DNA of 64,000 bases from Candidatus Undinarchaeota archaeon. GTDB taxonomy: Archaea; SpSt-1190; JASMDC01. Below are positions 56,615-64,000 of this stretch, piece by piece. The translations under genes were made by a program, and so were the position numbers. A model generated the notes under the pieces. The model did not search any database and was not told the origin of the DNA. It saw only the letters and a list, made by a program, of their open reading frames with translations. The stretch's first letter is position 1; every line of letters starts with the position of its first letter. Location of the stretch: contig CAZFHY010000004.1 in NCBI GenBank assembly GCA_964519305.1, positions 32,001-96,000 on the forward strand, in the 5' to 3' direction.

Positions 56615-59600
56615 ATGAAAGGTGCCCGCCGACGCATCCTGTTGATGGCAGTGGTCCTTGCCATGAGCCTCGGCTGCAGCGCATGGTGCTTCAGCACTTC
56701 CACAACGAGCTGCCTCCCTCAAGCAAGAAGTAGCCTCTGTTACTACAGCGGATACTATCAATATCCGAAATGCTGCTACAGCTACCGGAACTCCAAGCCC
56801 TCATGCGCTCAGACCATCAGTGGCACTACCTGTAAGTACGGCGGGAGCACATCCTGCACGTCCACCGGCTGGTCGACGTGCTCCTACTCATACCAGGACA
56901 CGAACAAGCCCGGTTGCGCTTACAAGGTGGACGGTAACATATGCTATTACTCGGGCAGCGCGCAGTGTACCGCTGGCGGTTGGGAGTGCGACTACCAGAG
57001 CACCTCGAAACCGGCCTGCGCCCACTACCCGGACCAGAGCACATGCTACCATTCCGGTACGACCGGATGCACCGCATCCGGATGGTCGACATGTGACTTC
57101 CAGACCGACAGTAAACCCGCATGCGCGAACTACGCAAGCGGGAACACATGCTACCACTCGGGATCGACCCAGTGCACTGCAACTGGGTGGTCCGCCTGCG
57201 ATTTCCAGACAGAGACCAAGCCCGCGTGCGGGAATTATGCGAGCGGGAGCACATGCTTTCACTCAGGAACATCACAATGCAAGGCGACAGGATGGGAATG
57301 CAGCTACCAGACGGAGACCAAGCCCACCTGTGGCAATTACGCGGACGGGAACACATGCTATCATTCGGGCACGGCACAGTGCACCGCCTCAGGATGGGAG
57401 TGCGACTACCAGACAGAGTCCAAGCCAGCGTGCGGTAACTATGCCGACGGGAACACATGCTATCATTCGGGCACGGCGCAGTGCACCGCCTCGGGATGGG
57501 AGTGCGACTACCAGACCGAGACCAAGCCAGCCTGTGCGTCCTATCTAGATGGCAACATCTGCAAGCACTCGGGAGTTAGCGAATGTACAGCGTCGGGATG
57601 GTCCGGCTGCTCTTTCGAGAGCGAGACCCGACCTACATGCGGACATTACCCTAACGGGAACTCCTGCTACCACACGGCCAATCCAGAGTGCCAGGCCGGG
57701 GGATGGTCGGACTGCAAGTACGAGATCGACTTTAGTCCCGATTGCTCTGCCACTGCCAGTGACCGTCTTTGCCAATATGGCGGTAGTACGACATGCACGT
57801 CTACGGGTTGGGATGTGTGCGCCTTCCCCCACCAGGATACCAACAAGCCCGATTGTGGGCCGCAACCGGACGGGAACACCTGTAGTTATTCTGGGGAGAC
57901 GGATTGCACGGAGAGCGGATGGGCGTCATGTAATTACCAGAGCGACACGACGAAGCCCGACTGCAGCCCCCGGGAGAGCGGAACTAATTGTGACTATGGT
58001 GGGATCACGTCATGCACATCGTCAGGGTGGTCCCAATGCACGCATTCCTCCGATTCGAACAAGCCTGTCTGCAATCCCGTTGCATCTGGCGACACATGTT
58101 ATTACGGCAGGTACACCCGGTGCGGTTCCAGCGGGTGGAGCGAGTGCACTCACACTTATCAGGATACTAACCAGCCCAGTTGCGAACCCGATCCCGTGGG
58201 GGACACCTGTCGATACTCGGGCAGCACGTCCTGTAGTGAGTCTGGATGGAAGAGTTGTATCTACAGCCAGCAGGACAGTGGCAAGCCCGCATGTAATCCG
58301 AAGCCCGTGGGAGACACCTGCCAATACCAGGGCTCAACAGAGTGCACGTCGAGCGGATGGGAAGGTTGTACTTACGCGGCCTCGGACGCTTCACGCCCCA
58401 CCTGCACCCCCACCGCCGACGGTGACTCCTGCCATTATGGTGGCGTAAGCGTGTGCGGCAGCTCCGGATGGACCCCCTGTTCGGACAATGTGGACAATGA
58501 TCGGCCGAACTGTGAACCCGAGTCCGTCGGGAACACATGCAGCTACTCGGGATCCAGCTCGTGCACAACCACAGGATGGTCTGGTTGCGATTATGCGCAC
58601 GAGGACGCCGGCAAGCCGGATTGCGGACCAAAGGACGAGGGGAACACATGCAGCTATGGAGGGAATGCACAGTGCACGACCGCCGGATGGTCGAGCTGTT
58701 CCTACTCGCTGACCGATACGAACAAGCCGACCTGCAATCCTTCGCCCTTGGATAGTACGTGTCGGTACAGCGGGCATACCACCTGTGGGAGCGGAGGATG
58801 GGAGGCGTGCGCCTTCGACTACTCCGACACGAACCCCCCCGACTGCTCTCCTTACACGGAAGGTACCTATTGCTACTACCAGGGCAGCTCCTCGTGCGGG
58901 AGCGGAGGATGGACGGAGTGTAGTCACAGCGGGTCCGACTCGCAGCGACCGGCATGCCCGCCCAAGCCCGAGGGCAACGCATGCAAGTTCGGTGGTTCGC
59001 CGGAGTGTACGGAGTCGGGATGGGGCGAATGTGCGTACACCTCGAGCGATACACAGCGACCCGCGTGCGCACCGTACACGGACGGCAACATCTGCTATTA
59101 TGGGGGGACACCACAGTGCGGTACCGACGGATGGTCCGAGTGCGACTACGAAAGCTCCGACCATCAGCGACCAGCATGTCCGCCCGATGAGGACGGGAAC
59201 ACCTGTAAGTTCGGTGGCTCTCCCGCATGCACGGAATCGGGCTGGGGTGGCTGTACATTCACATCCCAGGAGTCCAACAAACCCGACTGTGGCCCGGTGG
59301 CCCAGGTGGACGTGTGCCAGTTCGATGGGTGGACCCAGTGCACAGCGTCCGGCTGGGCTACCTGCACCTTCAACCAGCAGGATGCGAGCAGACCTGCCTG
59401 CGAACCAGAGGCCTCTGGCACTAACTGCCGTCACAGTGGGACTGCTACATGTAAAACGGACGGCTGGTCGGACTGCGAGTACACCATAGACACTTCGATG
59501 CCAGCCTGCCCCCACTACTCTTCGGGCCGGACCTGCAACTACAGAGGCACAACGTCATGCACGGCCTCAGGATGGTCCACTTGCGACTATAACGAGGACA

Positions 59601-62600
59601 CCGAAAAACCGGCTTGCGGTCATTATGAGGAGGGTGGCATATGCTACTTCGGCGGCGGTACATTGTGCACGTCCGACGGATGGTCGTCTTGCGACTACGC
59701 TCAGCTGATCGGTGACAAGCCCTCATGCCCGCCCCTCGCCAATGGAGGCACCTGCCAGTTCGACGGCTCGACCTCATGCACCAAGGAAGGCTGGGCCTCC
59801 TGCGCTTTCGCGAGCACGGACCCGACAAAACCACCCTGTCTTCCAAAGGCGGTCGATAACAACTGCTACTTCAGCGGCCTTACCAACTGCGCTGTAGGTG
59901 GTTGGACCCGCCCCTGCGAGTTCAAGGAGTCCAGCTCGAGCCGCCCCGTCTGTGACAACTACATCGACGCACAGGCGCTCGAGTGCCACTTCAGTGGATT
60001 CACGGACTGCAAGGAAGGAGGGTGGTCCGTGTGCGATTACTCGCGGTGCGAGATAGACGTGCTCGGTTCCACTGACGAAAGCTGCTCCGATATGGAATGC
60101 TCGGTGTGCGCGTCCTCGAACGGGGACACAAACTATTACACGTGCGTTGTGTGCGCGAAAGAGGAATGGCGGGAGAACCAGTGCTGCGGTGACGATCCTG
60201 ACGAAGGGTGGTGCGGTCTCTCCGGCTATTGTCATGAGGGTGCTTGGACGATGGTCGCGGAGAGCGATCCCGACAATAACGCGCACTTCTGCGAAGTATG
60301 CTCGTCCTTTGCCTGGCGGGAGAACCGCTGCTGCGGGGACGATCCCGATGAGGCCTGGTGCGGAGTGACCGGGTACTGCCAGACCGGCAGCTGGATCGCT
60401 GTCAAGGACGGGAACGCCGACCTGGACGCAGAGTACTGCCGGACATGCAAGGGCGGTACCTGGCAGTTCTCGACCGCGGACCGGACCGCTGCGTGCTGCG
60501 GGGACGATCCCGATGAGGAGTGGTGCGGTGCTGGAGGTTTCTGTAAAGTCGGTGAATGGATCGCGGTCGCCGACGCGGACGATGACCAGCATTTCTGTGA
60601 GAACTGCATGGCAAATACCATGTGGGCGGACGGACGGTGCTGCGGGGATGACGGCGCAACGGAGTACTGGAACAGTACCGACGGCGTCTGCTGCGGAGGC
60701 GAGTTCCACGTAGGCACGGGCGTCTGCTGCAACAATACATGGGCTGACGGTGGGAACTGCTGCCTGATCAGCGACTGTCTCGAGCGCCCGTTCGCATCGT
60801 GCTCATTGGTGGGCTGCACTGCGAACCGCTGCTCCTACGACAGGGTGTGCTCAGGCAATGCTTGTGCTATCGATACGGACGACTGGTGCGCTGCATGTTC
60901 CAGCCCTGACGGGGACGCCAATGAGGACTCATGCTCATGTTTTAACGGTAGCTGGCACATCTCGACCGCCGATCAGAAGGAGATGTGCTGCGGGGACGAC
61001 AAGGGCGAGGATTGGACCGGTATAGATGGTCTCTGTCTCGACGGCCGGTGGGGTGTCAGCGACGAGCCATGTCTCACGAGCGACAGTTGTACCAAATCGC
61101 CCTATGACGTCTGTACCAACAACCAGTGCGTGTGCACTTCCGATGAGTGCCCGTCGAAGATGTGCTTGTACTCCCTCGATTGTGAAGCCACCAACTGCCG
61201 GGACGATGCCTGGTGCGACCTGTGCAGCAAGGACGGGGACAACGACATGAATAGCTGTGAGTGCGCCGGGGGCGAGTGGATCGACGGGAGATGCTGCGGG
61301 GACGATAAGGAGAAGGACAGCTGGTGCGGCGCCACCGCCCGCTGCCTCAAGGGGATCGTACAGCGGGACCAGTGCAAGGAGTGCGATGCCTGTCTGTTCG
61401 GTAACTGCACCACTTTCTGCGATGGTACCACGTGCGCCCAGGGCAGCAAGGTATGGTGCTCTGCGTGCGCCAATCTGGAGGGCGATGCAGACCCGTTCTC
61501 CTGTCAGTGCAAAGGAGGTATCAACGCCCGTTGGATCGATGAGCAATGCTGCGGGGACGACATCCTGGAGCGCTGGAACTCGACATCCGGTATCTGCTGC
61601 GCAGGTGCGTTCACAGCTGGAGGAAACTGCTGCTCGGACGCCGATTGCATCGGAAACTATACCTGTCAGGAGGACTTCACCTGCTCGCGGTCATGCCGCT
61701 TCGGGTTCAAGTCATGCGGCGGGAACTGCTACATGGGCGACGGTGTATGCTGCAACTCGACCTGGATCAAGAGCGGCACATGCTGCGGCGACCAGGACTG
61801 CCCGCACGACCGTCCTGTCTGTGATGGTGACATCGCCATCTGTCGTACCTGCACTGCCTCCATCGAGTGTGGACCCGATAGCGAGTGCTGTGGAGGAAAA
61901 TGCTACGGCGGACACGGATTGTGCTGTGATGACTCCTGGTATACCGGGGACGGCGTATGCTGTGGTGACGCGGACTGCACCGAGGGTACGACGTGCTTTG
62001 TGAGCGGACACCGTTGCTCGGCCATAGAGTGCCAGGAAGGATTCTCCCCCTGTGGGAAACGGTGCGAGGAGGGCGAGGGCACGTGCTGCGACGAGAAGTG
62101 GTACACTGCAGAAGGCAACTGCTGTGATGATACGTGGATCGAGGGTTCCGACTGCTGCAACGACAACGACTGCGGTACGTTCCTTTGCGACAACCACCAG
62201 TGCTCCAAGGTGTGCAAAGGCCGGTTCACCTTCTGTGGCGAGCAGTGCTGGCTCGGCCAGGGTGCATGCTGCGACAGCTCGTGGGTCGAGCACGGCCAGT
62301 GCTGCACTTCGGCCAACTGCACACGGACCCTGCCTGTGTGCGAGGATAACATCTGCCGCTCATGCGCCGAGGATAGCGAGTGCAGTGAGGGTGAGATCTG
62401 CTGCCAAGGTCAGTGCTACCCTCCACAACTCGGAGCATGCTGCAACAGCACCTGGTTCCATGGCATGTCCAGTTGCTCACAAGTCTCTTGCGAGGTGGAA
62501 CGTGGTGGTGTTCTCTGTGCGGGCTCCTGCATCATGCAAAAGGGCGCATGTTGCGAGGACCGGTTCCTCATGGGGATAACCAGATGCCCTGAGTGCGGCG

Positions 62601-64000
62601 ACGAGTTCTGTGAAAGGTACGAGGACGCTCCAGATAGGCGGTGCATCGAGGACTGTTGCCGTGCCCAGGAGATGCGATGCTACGGATATGATGAGAAGAC
62701 ACGTGGCTGCTTCCAGGGAGAGGCGGTGTTCTGTAACCGGTGCGAGTTCGCCCAGCAATTCGAGGTGTGTCGACGCGTGAGCCCAGAGAACATCGACAAG
62801 CTCCTCCTCAGTTCAATCGCTACGGCGGACGATGAGACCCGCACAATGCTCAAGGAGCTCTACAGCACACTCGTGAACCACCGCAAGCTGGACAAGATGG
62901 ACTTCGATGAGCGTACGGTCCTTGTGGAGAACCTCACGCATATCTCCCGTTCCCTGGGAGGCGAGGACGCAGTTGCCATGGAACGAGGTAATGCCCTGGC
63001 CTTGGAACTGTCGACGACGCACATCTGTACATTGGGAACCCTCCCCTGCCTCCAGACCTGCATAACCAGCATCTCCACGTCATGCATCGACCACATCGAC
63101 TGGATCAAGTTCGTCGAAGAGATCAAGGACCATGTCGAGCTCGTCATTATCGGAGCTTCGCTCTTTATTGGTCTCTTCCTCGTGGTTAAACGAAAGACAT
63201 TGGGCGAAGAGAAGGTAGTAGTGAAACGGGGCATGGACCGGGAAGGCGCTCTCCTCAAGATCTTCGTCAAGGTGGAGAACGGTTCCACGTTCCCGCTCCG
63301 GGACGTGAAGGTCGAACTGACATCGCCTGCGGCCCTGGCATACCTTGAGCCCGAGTCCAATGTCTACATGCTCGGTGATCTTGAGAGCGGGGACCTCCAG
63401 TCGGCCATCTTCAAGATGTACCCGCTCCGATGCGTGTCAGGTGAGATCTCCGGGGTCGTGACATACAAGGACGACCGCGGGAGGATGAAGTCCCAGAACG
63501 TCAAACCGGTGAAGGTGTCCTCGGTCTGCCCCGTCCTGGAGGGCTATGAGGTTGAATTCGAGAAGTACGATAACGTTTACGGGAAGTACAAGGCGCACTC
63601 ACACTCGGTGAGCCTTGGTACTGACTGGCGGGTCGCCTGGCCGGCCATCGAAGCGAGGACCTCACCTCTACATGTTGTTAGTGAAGCTTCGAACATGTTC
63701 AATGGGAAGGCCATATGGACCGGTCGAGGCAAGTTCTCCAAGAAGCGGGTCTCACTTGAGGTCTCCACTTACCAGGCCGCCACAGGGTGGACACTGAACC
63801 TCGTTGCCAGGGCCGAGGAACCTGCCATGGCAACAGGACTGCTGTCCGACCTCGTCCAGGAAATCACCAAGGCCATGCGCTCCTCCTACTACGCAAATCG
63901 GTACTATGGTTCGTATGGTTACCAATCTGGTGTTGCCCGGACTCCACAGGCCGGTACGGCCCAGGGGCAGCAGAACGGGACGGTACAAACCCCGGTTACA
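56615..64000 (+). CDS. Giant (>2460 aa, partial) single-pass membrane protein: signal peptide, ~30 four-Cys repeats, CCGDD repeats, further Cys modules, TM helix, cytoplasmic adaptin-appendage-like (GAE+platform) region
   Basis: Manual translation from ATG 56615 (MKGARRRILLMAVVLAMSLG). The same frame holds at the TM (63140-63187) and at the window end, and the track lists no terminated ORF in this frame. Confidence 0.9.
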   Translation, partial: MKGARRRILLMAVVLAMSLGCSAWCFSTSTTSCLPQARSSLCYYSGYYQYPKCCYSYRNSKPSCAQTISGTTCKYGGSTSCTSTGWSTCSYSYQDTNKPGCAYKVDGNICYYSGSAQCTAGGWECDYQSTSKPACAHYPDQSTCYHSGTTGCTASGWSTCDFQTDSKPACANYASGNTCYHSGSTQCTATGWSACDFQTETKPACGNYASGSTCFHSGTSQCKATGWECSYQTETKPTCGNYADGNTCYHSGTAQCTASGWECDYQTESKPACGNYADGNTCYHSGTAQCTASGWECDYQTETKPACASYLDGNICKHSGVSECTASGWSGCSFESETRPTCGHYPNGNSCYHTANPECQAGGWSDCKYEIDFSPDCSATASDRLCQYGGSTTCTSTGWDVCAFPHQDTNKPDCGPQPDGNTCSYSGETDCTESGWASCNYQSDTTKPDCSPRESGTNCDYGGITSCTSSGWSQCTHSSDSNKPVCNPVASGDTCYYGRYTRCGSSGWSECTHTYQDTNQPSCEPDPVGDTCRYSGSTSCSESGWKSCIYSQQDSGKPACNPKPVGDTCQYQGSTECTSSGWEGCTYAASDASRPTCTPTADGDSCHYGGVSVCGSSGWTPCSDNVDNDRPNCEPESVGNTCSYSGSSSCTTTGWSGCDYAHEDAGKPDCGPKDEGNTCSYGGNAQCTTAGWSSCSYSLTDTNKPTCNPSPLDSTCRYSGHTTCGSGGWEACAFDYSDTNPPDCSPYTEGTYCYYQGSSSCGSGGWTECSHSGSDSQRPACPPKPEGNACKFGGSPECTESGWGECAYTSSDTQRPACAPYTDGNICYYGGTPQCGTDGWSECDYESSDHQRPACPPDEDGNTCKFGGSPACTESGWGGCTFTSQESNKPDCGPVAQVDVCQFDGWTQCTASGWATCTFNQQDASRPACEPEASGTNCRHSGTATCKTDGWSDCEYTIDTSMPACPHYSSGRTCNYRGTTSCTASGWSTCDYNEDTEKPACGHYEEGGICYFGGGTLCTSDGWSSCDYAQLIGDKPSCPPLANGGTCQFDGSTSCTKEGWASCAFASTDPTKPPCLPKAVDNNCYFSGLTNCAVGGWTRPCEFKESSSSRPVCDNYIDAQALECHFSGFTDCKEGGWSVCDYSRCEIDVLGSTDESCSDMECSVCASSNGDTNYYTCVVCAKEEWRENQCCGDDPDEGWCGLSGYCHEGAWTMVAESDPDNNAHFCEVCSSFAWRENRCCGDDPDEAWCGVTGYCQTGSWIAVKDGNADLDAEYCRTCKGGTWQFSTADRTAACCGDDPDEEWCGAGGFCKVGEWIAVADADDDQHFCENCMANTMWADGRCCGDDGATEYWNSTDGVCCGGEFHVGTGVCCNNTWADGGNCCLISDCLERPFASCSLVGCTANRCSYDRVCSGNACAIDTDDWCAACSSPDGDANEDSCSCFNGSWHISTADQKEMCCGDDKGEDWTGIDGLCLDGRWGVSDEPCLTSDSCTKSPYDVCTNNQCVCTSDECPSKMCLYSLDCEATNCRDDAWCDLCSKDGDNDMNSCECAGGEWIDGRCCGDDKEKDSWCGATARCLKGIVQRDQCKECDACLFGNCTTFCDGTTCAQGSKVWCSACANLEGDADPFSCQCKGGINARWIDEQCCGDDILERWNSTSGICCAGAFTAGGNCCSDADCIGNYTCQEDFTCSRSCRFGFKSCGGNCYMGDGVCCNSTWIKSGTCCGDQDCPHDRPVCDGDIAICRTCTASIECGPDSECCGGKCYGGHGLCCDDSWYTGDGVCCGDADCTEGTTCFVSGHRCSAIECQEGFSPCGKRCEEGEGTCCDEKWYTAEGNCCDDTWIEGSDCCNDNDCGTFLCDNHQCSKVCKGRFTFCGEQCWLGQGACCDSSWVEHGQCCTSANCTRTLPVCEDNICRSCAEDSECSEGEICCQGQCYPPQLGACCNSTWFHGMSSCSQVSCEVERGGVLCAGSCIMQKGACCEDRFLMGITRCPECGDEFCERYEDAPDRRCIEDCCRAQEMRCYGYDEKTRGCFQGEAVFCNRCEFAQQFEVCRRVSPENIDKLLLSSIATADDETRTMLKELYSTLVNHRKLDKMDFDERTVLVENLTHISRSLGGEDAVAMERGNALALELSTTHICTLGTLPCLQTCITSISTSCIDHIDWIKFVEEIKDHVELVIIGASLFIGLFLVVKRKTLGEEKVVVKRGMDREGALLKIFVKVENGSTFPLRDVKVELTSPAALAYLEPESNVYMLGDLESGDLQSAIFKMYPLRCVSGEISGVVTYKDDRGRMKSQNVKPVKVSSVCPVLEGYEVEFEKYDNVYGKYKAHSHSVSLGTDWRVAWPAIEARTSPLHVVSEASNMFNGKAIWTGRGKFSKKRVSLEVSTYQAATGWTLNLVARAEEPAMATGLLSDLVQEITKAMRSSYYANRYYGSYGYQSGVARTPQAGTAQGQQNGTVQTPVT
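56795..60040 (+). repeat. Coding tandem array of ~30 units, mostly 102-111 bp (KPxC-x5-G-x2-C-x-Y/H-x-G-x3-CT-x2-GW-x1-2-C-x-Y/F)
   Basis: 30 in-frame GW codon pairs counted between about 56867 and 60020. Confidence 0.9.

Noticed and set aside
56795-60040. CRISPR-like periodicity
   Set aside because: Periods are multiples of 3, conservation is at the protein level, and there are no invariant repeats with unique spacers or cas genes.
56820-62579. Many medium ORFs listed in the track on both strands
   Set aside because: Alternative-frame artefacts over the single giant ORF starting at 56615.

Overview
GC-rich archaeal genomic window. The archaeal call rests on TATA-box promoters, a CCA-less tRNA-Thr, archaeal DTD2, DUF359 dephospho-CoA kinase, an ADP-dependent kinase, TrmB, Lhr, a TFB-like cyclin fold and a class III signal peptide. 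Housekeeping genes (glyA, glmS, dtdA, nfi, lhr, tmk, aspartate kinase, yjbQ, lplA-like) are mixed with many glycosylation genes (4 GT-C, 2 GT2, a polyprenol kinase, a SIS protein) and several very large surface proteins. Two real genes missing from the ORF track run off the window edges: a LamG+FG-GAP protein (<1..1225, minus strand) and a >2460-aa Cys-rich repeat membrane protein (56615..>64000) whose cytoplasmic part looks like an adaptin-appendage (GAE+platform) module. The best candidate for an undescribed system is a 9-gene minus-strand operon (42241..47763). It encodes HdrC-like and HdrB-like proteins, two paralogous membrane proteins with conserved PCGR and SCAP cysteines, a 47-aa membrane peptide, a second HdrC-like protein, a Tat-exported NapG-like protein, a NapH-like protein and an exported protein. 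Other notable items are a carbamoyltransferase with inserted PqqD/RRE-like domains, a truncated TFB, a candidate ~100-nt ncRNA, a candidate origin-like region next to a wHTH gene, and several tandem paralog arrays. All calls come from reading motifs by eye; no searches were run.
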